A DNA stretch of 64,000 nucleotides, from assembly GCF_018350175.1 (NCBI RefSeq), contig NC_058368.1:205966001-206030000 (forward strand), written 5' to 3'. Positions within the stretch are counted from its first letter, which is position 1. Each line of letters begins with the position of its first letter. Positions 1 through 11,364 of the stretch are shown here, in pieces. A program made the position numbers and the translations under genes. Below the pieces are notes generated by a model. It ran no database searches, had not been told where the DNA came from, and saw only the letters and a list, made by a program, of their open reading frames with translations. The DNA comes from Felis catus (lineage: Eukaryota).

Positions 1-1030
1 TAAAGTGAAATCAGTTTTCAAAGGGAAATTTAGAAACCTTAAAATGTGTGTTAAGAGGGAAAAGGCTGAAGACAAATGATATGTTTACTAAATATTTAAA
101 AAACTAAACCTACATGAAAAGAAAGTGATAAAGTTAGGAGTAGAAATTAATAAAACAGAAAACAAACATGACTAAAGAGAAAATCAAAAGACCAAAAATT
201 AGATCTTTGAAAAGACTAATAAAATTGAATAACCTTAAGGGGCGCCTGGGTGGCGCAGTCGGTTAAGCGTCCGACTTCAGCCAGGTCATGATCTCGCGGT
301 CCGGGAGTTCGAGCCCCGCGTCAGGCTCTGGGCTGATGGCTCAGAGCCTGGAGCCTGTTTCCAATTCTGTGTCTCCCTCTCTCTCTGCCCCTCCCCTGTT
401 CATGCTCTGTCTCTCTCTGTCCCAAAAATAAATAAACGTTGAAAAAAAAAATTAAAAAAAAAAAAGACACAGAGAGAATAATTATTAGTAATAACAATTT
501 TAATATGAAGAATAATAAAAAAGACATCACTAAAGAGGCTACAGAATGTAAAAATACCTTAGAAGCATACTGTGAGAAACTTTATGCCCAAAAAAAAGAA
601 GAAAAAAAAAAGAAATGGACAAATTCCTAGAGAAAGAAGCTTAGCAAAAATGACATAATTAAAGAAATAGATAACCTAGAAGTCTTATTTCTGTTAGATT
701 CATTGTACATGTTATTAAATCCTTTACTCCTCAAACACTCAGATCCATATTGGACTTACTGGTAAATATTTTAAAATCACATCAATCTTAAACAAACTCT
801 TCCACAATATAGGAAAAGAGCTAACAACTTGTTTAATCTGGCCAATCCAATCTTAACACTAAACTTTGACAAATATGTTTCAAGAATATTAGTACAGGCT
901 AATATTTCTCATGAAAATAGAGACAAAAACCCTAAATATATACTAGCCAATCAAATCCAGGTATTCCCCAAATGCACTTATTCTCAAAATGCAATGGTGA
1001 CTTGAGATTCAAAAATCAATTGATGTTATC
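1..1030 (+). mobile_element. Degenerate ancient L1 (L1M-type) ORF2 fragment, interrupted by a SINEC
   Basis: A-rich + strand with L1 ORF2-like stretches (ctttgaaaagactaataaaattga; gaaatggacaaattcctaga; aaactcttccacaatatag). Confidence 0.7.
239..465 (+). mobile_element. SINEC_Fc-type SINE (young felid subfamily)
   Basis: ggggcgcctgggtggcgcagtcggttaagcgtccgacttcagccagg head, CT-rich body, A tail; CpGs retained. Confidence 0.93.
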
Positions 1031-1166
1031 TCCAGATGTGATCCTGTCAGACAAACCCCAAATGATGAATATTCTAAAAGTAGGTGGTCTTTATTCTTCA
1101 AAATTGTCAATGCCACTAATGACAACGAAAATTTACGAATCTGTTCTTGTATTAAGAGAGACAGTT

Positions 1167-1380
1167 GAGGGTGCCTGGTTGGCTCAGTTGGCTAAGCATC
1201 TGACTCTTGGTTTCAGCTCAGATCATGATCTCTCAGTTTGTGGGATCAAGCCCTGTGTCTGGCTCCATGCTGACAGTGTGGAGCCTTCCCAGGATTCTCT
1301 GTCACTCCCTCTTTCTCTGTCCCTCCCCCACTCGCTCTCTCTCTCTCAAAATAAGCTTAAAAAAAAAAAAAACAAAAACA
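1167..1380 (+). mobile_element. SINEC (CAN-SINE)
   Basis: tRNA-derived head, (CT)n, A tail. Confidence 0.88.
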
Positions 1381-3171
1381 GAGAGAGAGACAATGATGGC
1401 TAAATGAAACATGTGATCCTGGGCTGGACTCTGTAATAGAGAGGAAAATAAAAAAATCATGCTTCAAAACTTGGTTTAAAGAAAGAGCAGATTGGATAAA
1501 CTGTGAAATTCTTCTACTGGGATTTATCTTTGTTTTCTTTCATATATCTAAGCCTGAAACAACACTGTTTTTATTCAAATAGACTGCTTTACACTCTCCT
1601 ATTAGAAACGATAGGGTCAATACAATTACTCAGGAAGTCAATTAGGCATATTCCATGGTGTCAGTAAAAGGTATTTTGAGATCTCTTTTCCTATGATACC
1701 TATCATTTTCCTATGATACCTATAAAGGTATCATGTCCACAGCATTTTGAGGGTCTTGCTTAGTGATCTAGCCCTGGGATTGCTCACCCACCAGCCTATT
1801 TTGTAATTGTTGCCCCCCACTGATTTCCTCTATTATTGCTGGAAAGCAGAGCAGAAACAGTACTTTTATTCAAGCACAGTTTCATTCAACCATCTAGCCC
1901 TTGTAGAATAATGAAATCATCACAGTTTTGTAACTAATTCTCTGCTCCTCTCTTTGTTTTCCTGCCTCCTCTGACATATATCTCCCCAGTGCCCAGTTGG
2001 GTAACAACACCTATTCATCCCTAAATGTCAGCTATAGGAGAAACCATAAAACCAAAGCATTTGTGTATTATAATAGTACCCGAGGTAATTTCAGCTTCAG
2101 GCTGAATACAAATCTTTTCCTCACATCCTCTTGAATTGTATTCCTTATATCTGTGATCAAAACAGATTGGGAAGCTTAATTGACAGTAGAAATTCAAATG
2201 GATTGATGGATGTTAAAACATTTTACAATGGGGGAGGAGGATAGGGAAAGTGTTTGGTTAAATGAATATGGCTAAAAGATTATATTTATTCCCATCTAGG
2301 AAGCTCCAGGAATTTCTATTGAACATAGCAATTGGCCATATAAACTTATTTCATCAATCTCCTGTTATGACAGGAAAGAAATAAAATGTTGTAAATCCAA
2401 AAGGACAAGAAGAACAGAGGAGATGTCAGTAGATGTAATATTTCAATAATTTTTGGAAACAAAGCAAATGGAAGAATGGTAGCTGACTTAGAATGGAGCA
2501 AGCTTATGTGCTAAAAGGCACACAGAGTGAGTACCAAAGAGGAGTCCCTTTTTAACCTGCAGAACCCTGTGGAAGCAAAGGACTTGGAGGCATCAGGTTA
2601 CCTCACTCAAGACAAGCAAGTACCTCCCCATCTTCTGCCAGCAGAAGACACTGGGCTTGGAAAATCAAACCTTACACAAAGATCAAGGATAAGAAATGAT
2701 AAAATTGTCGATATACCTAAACAAGCAATTATTTTCCTTTTAATTTATTTACAATACATGTTGGTTTAAATCAGTTTCACCACTTTTTTTTTTCATTATC
2801 ATTCCCTAAGAAACTTTTTCCACTTTTTTCCCTAATTGCTCATCCCCCAATGAGATTTTGACACCCATGATATATTGTATACCTGCTTATATATGTATGC
2901 ATATATGTACTTGAAACATAAAAACAAAAAATACAAAGTTTACTTTTTGCTCAATGCAGATTTTAGAATGACTACACTTTTAAAAGTTAAAAGTTGAAAT
3001 ATTAAAAAGCTATTGTCATGTAACAGCTTCATGATTATTGCTCAGTAAATTTTAATGTAAGTTATTTAGTTCTATAAATTGTAATCTATAAAATGAATAT
3101 GCAAATTGGCGACATAATACACAGTTATAAGAGATTTTTAAACTATTCTTGGTTTTTTTTTAAGTAATTTA

Positions 3172-3501
3172 CAGTTGACCCTTGAACAATGCAAGGGTTA
3201 AGAGTGTCGATTCCCTGCACTGTAAAAAATCGACATGTAACTTTTGATTCCCTTAAAATTAACTAATAGCCTACCATTGACCAGAAATTCTACCAACAAC
3301 ATAAACATTTGATTAACAGATATTTTGTATATGTATCATATGCTATATTCTTACAATAAAGTAAGCTAGAGAAAGGAAAATGTTATTAAGATCATAAGGA
3401 AGAGAAAATACATGTATAGTATTGTACTATACTTGTCAAAAGAAAATTTGCATGTAAGTGGACTCATGTAGTTCAAACCTATGTTGTTCAAGAGTTAGCT
3501 G
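3172..3501. mobile_element. Tigger2-like non-autonomous DNA transposon (TcMar)
   Basis: Terminal inverted repeats CAGTTGACCCTTGAACAA ... TTGTTCAAGAGTTAGCTG, flanked by TA on both sides. Confidence 0.82.
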
Positions 3502-3525
3502 TAATTTAAAAATTAAATTGCTTAA

Positions 3526-3695
3526 GGGGCGCTTGGGTAGCTCAGTTGGTTGAGTGTCTGACTTCGGTTCAGGTCATGATCTTACAGTTTGTGAGCTCGA
3601 GCCCCACATCAAGCTCACTGCTGTCAGCGCAGAGCCCGCTTTGAATCCTCTGTCGCCCCTCCCCTCTTGTGCTCTCTCAAAAATAAACATTTTTT
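3526..3695 (+). mobile_element. SINEC
   Basis: ggggcgcttgggtagctcag head; approximate TSD aaattaaatt(g/a)ctt. Confidence 0.88.
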
Positions 3696-4827
3696 AAATT
3701 AAATTACTTGAAAATTATATTAGTGGACTAAACTCTTAATTTTGGCTTTATATGAGTAAATAACTTTTAAATAGCTGCCAGATATTCATTTGGATATTGT
3801 CAACATTTTCTTTCTTTTCATCACTTGATGTGACATTGAATAACTTGTAGAATTCAATAATAAAATATAAATTACTTTTTATTTCATTCTCAAAGCCTAA
3901 TTCACACATAAAAACGCTGAGGTCAAACATAAATAACATCTAACGAATATGCCTCCTCTTGCAATATGCATCAAGACAGAGGAAGCAATCGAAGAAAAGA
4001 AGTCATCTGCTCATCATGGATTTAGCACTAATCTTGTAAATATTCTGTGTATCTTCCATAAACTTAATGTCAGTGGTGCTTGCAAGATACCCAAGAAACC
4101 CAATAAAAGAAGTTAAATCCTAAGGAATAATGTTCTATTGGTAAGGCTAACCTTTACCAGGCCACAGACAATTGTAATATCTAAGAATTTTTCACCACCC
4201 CCCAACAATCAATTTTCATCCTCTTGAGGGCAATGTTACCCCTCTTGTGAATGCATAGTTTACAGCACAAACTATAACAGCAGTGTATTATGGAGTTTAC
4301 ATGAAAGCCATAGCAAAGAGATCTGGAAGGGGGATAAATGGAGTTATACGGGTACCAGTAGTGAGAAATACAAAGATAAAAAAACATAGCACACAAAACA
4401 AAAAAGAAAAGAAAGAAAAGAAAAACAATCCAGCTCTAATTTGAAAGTCACTGGTCCTGGAGAGAAGATGAGAAAGTAGGAAAGGGTAAAGTAGTGATGA
4501 TGTTTTGTTGCCTTAAAACTTTGAGTTCTGTTTTTTTAAACAATATAAATAGATGTCCTTAATAAAATAAAGGAAATACTTTAATTAAATGTTAAATTAA
4601 ACTGCCAAGATTATTTATTAGATCCTTGCTCTTGCTTTTAGATCTAGTTTATAAAAAGGTTTTTCTGATTACATTCAAAATATTACAAGTCTATTAAAGG
4701 AAACATAACATAACAGAATGGTTTGGGGGTGGATATGGGAATGCTAATAGCTAATCACTAATGTACCCAGAGACTGAGATTCTTCTTAGTAATAATAGTC
4801 TGCCTGCATTAAAAATGAGGGCTGTAC

Positions 4828-5229
4828 AGATCAGACACATGAAAATGTGCTCAGCATCACCCATCATCAGGGAAATGCAAATCAAAACCACAATGAGATA
4901 TCAACTCACACCTGTCAGAATGGCTAAAATCAACAACACAAGAAACAAAGGTGCTGGTGAGGAGGTGGAGAAAGGGGAACACTCTTGCACTGTCAGTGGG
5001 AATGCAAACTGGTGCAGCCGCTCTGGAAAACAGTATGGAGGCTCTTCAAAAAATTGAAAAGGGAACTACCCTATGATCCAGCAATTCCACTACTGGTTAT
5101 AAATCTAAAGGAAGCAAAAACAGAATCTTGAAGAGACATTTCCCCCACGTTCTTTGCAGCATCATTCACAATAACCAACCTATGGAAACAACCGGTGTCC
5201 ATCAACAGATAAGTGGATAAAGAAGTGGG

Positions 5230-5260
<31 letters not shown>

Positions 5261-5400
5261 GAAATATTAGCCACTAGAGAAAAGGAAATCTTGTCATTTG
5301 TGATAATGTGGATGAGACTTGCTGGCATGCTAAATGAAATAAGCCAGATAAAGACAAATATGGCATAATATCACTTATATGTGGAGTAGGAAAAAAAATC
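4828..5400 (+). mobile_element. LINE-1 3' fragment (ORF2 C-terminus and 3' UTR) with internal (TG)n
   Basis: ORF 4761..5057 contains [23 protein letters not shown], typical of the L1 ORF2 C-terminus. Confidence 0.9.
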
Positions 5401-6409
5401 AACCCCTTAGAGAGTAGAAGAATGCTTGCCAGGTGCTCTTGAAAGGGAACAGGTGTACCTTATGGAATGCAAAGGCAGAAAGTATAGCTGAGCCTCATGA
5501 CGGACAACATTTATACTCTGTAGGCATATTTCTTCAACTCCCCACTTCATTCTTCTTTGTCTCTGCAGAGAGGTATTTTCTGCCTCTCTTTGCATATGGC
5601 TTAAATAAGGTTCACATTATGTCTAACTGCAGTTCCAATTCCTAACCTTGGCACATAAAATCCAATTGACTCATGCCTCATGCTGGCCCATCAACCCTGC
5701 CCAAGAGGCAGACTCATGAGACCTACAGCAGGATTAGATTTTCCTGCTGACAAGGAAAATCTTTACTGAGACAAGGCTGGACAGATTTTCTCTAATAAAG
5801 CATAGGGACAAGAGAAAATAGAGGCAGAGAGAATGACCCACAATTTTTTTTAGAAGAAGCGGTATTTTACAAATATTAAAGAAATGCTGCTAAAAAGCTA
5901 TATAATTTGCTCATTTGGTTTGTTTTCTCTCTCTTCTGCCCAGTAGATGATAAACACCATGAAAGCAGGATTTTTTTTCCTTGTCTTAGTCACTGTCCAA
6001 TGCCTAGAACAGTGCCTTACAGTAAATTTTTGGTGAATGAGTGAACAAAAGGCTTTAAATAATGATAACAGTGATGATTATAATAAATGTGAACTGAAGA
6101 AAAGAGTGCATGCACCAGAGAGGCTATAATTTCTGAGATAAATTTCTTATAATTTTCAGTATTTTTCAGAATTCATTTTTTCCAGCCAACTATTTGTATC
6201 TTTTAACTGAAGTTCTTGAAATTAACAAACTTATTCATTTTTTGCTCTTTAAGTCTCAACATAATGTCTGGTGTATAACAGGTGCTCAGTGAATATGTAT
6301 TGATCAGAATGGGTGAGTAGATACTGCTGCTCTTATGGCACTAAGAAAAGTTCTTTGCAAGCCATGAGATGCCACCCAAATATCAAATTGTTATTGTCAG
6401 CATAATGGA

Positions 6410-6763
6410 CCTTTAGATTGAATGTTTACATGACCCTGAATTCATATTTGAAACCTAATCCCCAATGTGATGCTATTTGGAGGTAGGGATTTGGGTGGTG
6501 ATGAGGTTGTAAGAGTGGAGCCCAATGAATGGGATGAGTGCCTTAAAAAAGATAAAAAAGATTTTAGACAGTTCTTTTGCACCTTCTGCCATATGAAACT
6601 ATAACATGAAACAGCCAGGAAGTGGGTCCTCACCAGATACCGAATCTGCCGGCACCTTGACCTTGGATTTCCAAGCCTCCAGAACCGTGAGGAATGAATC
6701 TCTGTTGTTGATAAGCCACTCCGTCCATGGCATTTTGTTTCCGCAGCCAGAACGGATTAAGAC
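6410..6763 (+). mobile_element. MaLR solo LTR (MLT1A/B-like)
   Basis: aattcatatttgaaacctaatccccaatgtgatg ... ggcaccttgaccttggatttccaagcctccagaaccgtgag ... gattaagaca end. Confidence 0.82.
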
Positions 6764-8829
6764 AAGAAAACTTGGTAATAGTGTTCAAGACGCATGGGAT
6801 AGCTGTATGTCATGGAACCAACTAGGAAACTGATTCAAGAGTTTGGACAAGACCTATTTGACCTCAGTCAAATCTTGAGAAAAATATGTAAATATCTATC
6901 GTAAGATGTCCCAGAAGCCAACAGTAAATTGAAAGACGGTCATTCAGTTTGACAATAGTTCTTGTAGGCCCATTGTATTTGTAACTCATGCTGCAAAGAG
7001 TGACATTAATGAAGAATAGCACTTAAGTAATTAAATACAGTCCTTTTAGACTACCCCGGAAATAATTTTAGTAGGAAAGGAGAAGAAAAGAGCATGGCAG
7101 CCTGAGGTCCAAAGCACACTTCTACTTCCTCCACTTGAGAGTTTTGCTCTTTGATTCTCCGGGTGAAATAATTCAATTTGTAATTTTACTTGACTCACAC
7201 ACTGACTGACAAAGTACACTCTGAAGGGCCTGTGAAATAGATGGGGTCATTAGCCTTAACTCTAATAAGAAATTATAGTATTTTTCCTGTAATGATAAGT
7301 TGGCATGTGAATGCTTAGCATATGAAAAAGCCTTCAGATAGTCAGCAGCCTCCACTGTTCATTATCTTATGTTTGGGGTTATTTTCTTGGCAGAAAACAC
7401 CATTTGGCTGTGAATCCGTCATCATTAAGAGAGGAATAAAGATTTTTAAAAGAATACATATTCTCCTTCTGGAAAAATTATAATTGCTCCATTTTAGCAT
7501 TCCACGTCCTGGCTCTAATTTCCTTCAACACCCTTCTGTTCCTTTACAAGTAAAGGCTTTCTCTCCTGGTCAGTCTACACATTTAAGCTCACCAACAACT
7601 TTCTGCATTATACAGATACAGAGCATTTTATTGAAAAATGTATTCCATGTCACCAGCCAACACTTTAGAAGGCCTGCAGTTGCTGAAACAGTTCGGCTGG
7701 CGGATTTCACAGCATGCTTTGTTTCTCAGCAGCATGTGTCCAGATACTGTTTAGGGAGCACTCGTATTCGTGCCAGAGGCGTACCTGAGCGTAATTGCAC
7801 ACATTCAATTCCTAGCTCTGGAACAATCACCTGTTCGTCTTACATAGAAGACTATTTCTACTTCTGCTTCTCAAAGCCAACTGGACACTGTGGTTCTATT
7901 GATCAGACCAGAAATCTCTCCCTCTGGGTTTCAGGGTTCAGAACACTTTTTCTGTAAAGGGACAGACTCATTTCTCTGCCCTTCTCGTAGCCCATATTAC
8001 TTAACAACCCTACTTCGGCTCGTCCTTTTGGCTTCTGACTTTCTAGGTTATGACTGCTAGCATTTGCCCTTTGCTCCAAATACCATGACCATGGGAAAAA
8101 CATATTTCATTTTAGGGCCTCATAGAACCAACTAGAGAAAGAAGTGCACATAAATGGTGTATTATTACCATATATTTTTTTCTCCTATTTATCTTATCAG
8201 ATACTCAAGGGTGAAACTCCTACCACCCCCAAAGTGCCTTCAATGCTGGTCTATTGTTTTCCTTCTTAGCCTGAAATTTCAATCTTTAAAGTCTCAAAAT
8301 GGTACAGGAGAAAGACAACAGACTGTGAATCTGAGACCTGTACTCTGGTTCTGACTTACTCTGGTCTTGGGTAAGTTACTACCATGCATGTTAAAACATG
8401 TTACTTTGGAGCAGTCGTCTCCTGCTTTACTTCAAAGAGTCTTTAGACCTGCTCAGATAATCATTTCCCACTACATGGTGAAAATATAAGTTGTTTGAGG
8501 AGTATTTGTTTTAGCTGTTTTCCATATTTGGGATATAATTAATATTTTTTAAAGTTTTCCACTGTTTTGAAAAAGTTTGAAAAATAGTTTCAAAAGAAGA
8601 AACAATTTCAATGAAGTCATGTGATTTGCTAAAGATCACATAGTTGTTGCAGAATCAAGAGCGAAACATAAGTCTCCACATTCTCAATCCCCACAGTTTT
8701 CTTTTTCCATTGCACTACTTTGTTGTGCTTCACCTTAGCATAATATCCCTATTAGCCAATCTCAAGCTATATTGTGAACCTCTCTGGAAGTATAATCATC
8801 ATTAGATGGAAAGAGCACACTTGCCATTG

Positions 8830-9400
8830 CTATTTTAAATCTTCCCAGATTAAATTTGTATTTGCTTTTGCTGGTTTACGGAGATGCTTTTTCTATCATA
8901 AACATTTCTATAATAAACTGTATCCAGCAATATCACTAAATTCATTTATTAATTTTAATGTATCTGTAGATTCTTTGGGATTTTTCTATCTACACAAGTA
9001 ATACCAGAGGATCTCCAGTACAGTATTAAGAAGTGGTGATGGCAGGCATCCTTCTCTCTTTTCTGAACAAAGGAAGAAACTCTTCAATATTTTTCCATTA
9101 ACTATGATGTTAGCTACAAGTTTTTTGTAGACACCTTTGTCAGAATAAGAAATTTATTTTCTGTTTCTAATTTGATGAAAGTTTTAATCGAGCATAATTG
9201 CTGAGTTTTTTTTAACTTTGAATTGTAGTGTAGTTGACATATAAGATGTTAATTTCAGATGTACAACATAGCAGTTCAACAATTACATGCATGAAATCCT
9301 CATCACGATAAATTTAGTTATCATCAGTCACCATACAAAGTCGTTAAGTTTTAATAAATTCTTTTCTTCATTTATCAAATGGTTATAAGATTCTCGGGTT
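8830..9400 (-). mobile_element. Ancient L1 fragment(s), antisense
   Basis: T-rich + strand with L1 reverse motifs (ccagtacagtattaagaagtggtgatggcaggcatcct; ccattaactatgatgttagct). Confidence 0.6.
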
Positions 9401-10110
9401 CTGTTTTGTTTACTTTATTCTGTCTCACACCATTTATAAAAATACAGTATAACTACAGAGGATTAAAAGACTACTCACAAAATCTAAAACTGCAAGACTG
9501 ATGAAAATTTAGGAATGTATCTGTGACTTCAGATTTCTTAAACCAAATAATTTCTGTAGCAAAAGAAAAATTATCCAAAACAAAAGCTATGAGGACAGAA
9601 TCACCAAATTAGATTACCTTAAAATTAAGATTTTTTTTCTCTTCCAACACACGATCAATAAAACTAACACATACGTGACAAACTGAGAAGAGATCCTTAA
9701 CATTTTTTAAATCATCAGTATATAGGAAATCAAGCAACAAAAGAAAAGAAGCACAATAGAAAAATAATCAGGGAATATTAATTGTTAATTCACAGATAGG
9801 AAACCAGAAGGTGCAGTGAGAACACAGGGATGCTGAAATTCACTATTGAAATTCACTGCTTAACCAACCACAAGACATCACATTACACAAGTCAGATGTA
9901 ACATCAAATGCTAGGGAGACCCTGCTAGTGAGAAACGCTCCTAAGCTGCTGCTAAGAGTGTAAATGTGTAGAGTTTTCCCAAAGAGCAACCTGGGTGCTT
10001 TTAGGAATTTTCTCACTAATTCACAATGAAAATTACCTTGTGCTTATAGTTGAAGGGAGTCAAAGTGAACAAAAGTAGGCTCTGAGAGAGTGTATAAGAA
10101 AAATGTGGTT

Positions 10111-10334
10111 GGGGCGCCTGGGTGGCGCAGTCGGTTAAGCGTCCGACTTCAGCCAGGTCACGATCTCGCGGTCCGGGAGTTCGAGACCCGTGTCAGGCTC
10201 TGGGCTGATGGCTCAGAGCCTGGAGTCTGTTTCCGATTCTGTGTCTCCTTCTCTCTCTGCCCCTCCCCCGTTCATGCTCTGTCTCCCTCTGTCCCAAAAA
10301 TAAGTAACGTTGGGAAAAAAAATTAAAAAAAAAA
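10111..10334 (+). mobile_element. SINEC_Fc-type SINE (young)
   Basis: Perfect 15-bp TSD AAGAAAAATGTGGTT (10096-10110 / 10335-10349). Confidence 0.95.
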
Positions 10335-11059
10335 AAGAAAAATGTGGTTGATATAATGAATGTCTATGCTCCAACAAATTTACCTTGAATAAGGCTCAGA
10401 AGCATAATGGTGAATGAAGAAAGTAAGAAACCAAATAAAACATTTAGCAAATGTAAATTACAAAAATATACGTGGAAAAATGAGACTGTATTTTTGAAGG
10501 ATACACATATATCTAAATAATCCTATGTAAGAACAGGCATCAAATACATTAACACATGTAACTAATCTAGGAAAAGAAATGAAACAAGATCCTTGGGAGA
10601 AAATAGTGAAATAAATAAAAGAAGATCTTGCACAGACCAGTAATGATATGGCTCTATAAACTGTGGAATGTGATCTATTCTGTACATTTGAGTCTTTAAA
10701 AAATATGTGATGTCACTTACAAAATTATAAAGTTATATATGTACACATATTCCTGTGCATGTGTATACTTACAAAGAGAGAGGCACACACACATATACAT
10801 ATAATATGACTGGGAGTATTTACTCCAAGTATTGGAGTAAATACTGGTTATTAAAAATGATTTTGTCTGGTTATTAAAAATGATTTTAATTTTCCTCTTC
10901 ACATTTTTCCATATTTTCTAAATCTTCCTCAACAAATATTCTATAATCAGAAAAAAATAAGAATCAATACGTATTTTAATTATCTGGACACATTCCTAAA
11001 GGGAAGACAATTTTAAGCAATGTATTCTAAAGGGGTTTTCAAAAATGGAGTCAGAGATT

Positions 11060-11200
11060 TTTTTTTTCTGTTACAATATCCCTTGAGTGGGAAAATCCCT
11101 GAAAATTCAGGACCCTGTGTAATATCTCACACAGAGTTTCAGTATTACTGCTGAAGTAATCATTTGCAAAGTCCAGAGTTTCCACAGTGTGTTTATTTTG
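11060..11200 (+). promoter_or_regulatory. C6: Putative C6 hepatocyte/acute-phase promoter
   Basis: kB-type site GGGATTTTCC on the - strand (11090-11099), HNF4-type CAAAGTCCA (11167-11175) and FOXA-type TGTTTATTT (11190-11198), all immediately upstream of exon 1. Motif matches only. Confidence 0.55.
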
Positions 11201-11364
11201 ACAACACGTTAGATCTCCGGGTTAGGACCTTATGTTAGCTAGCAATAGGAGGGAGGAAGCTTGTTTGGATTATCATATAACCCCTTTTTGTTTTGAGAAA
11301 GTCCCTATTATTTTTTCAGCCATTTGCAGATAAGCTCTCTGGACACCACAGACTCTGTTTACAG
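11200..11364 (+). other. C6: C6 non-coding exon 1 (5' UTR; start approximate)
   Basis: Ends in a strong donor ACAG|GTGAGT at 11364/11365. The sequence tgttagctagcaat...ttgtttggatta...ggacaccacagactctg resembles the human C6 5' UTR as I recall it. Confidence 0.75.

Noticed and set aside
239..330. tRNA-like A/B-box sequences at SINE heads
   Set aside because: These are tRNA-derived CAN-SINE heads followed by CT bodies and A tails, not tRNA genes.
7484..7957. 157-aa ORF upstream of C6
   Set aside because: Non-ATG start, no recognisable domain and no supporting exon structure.
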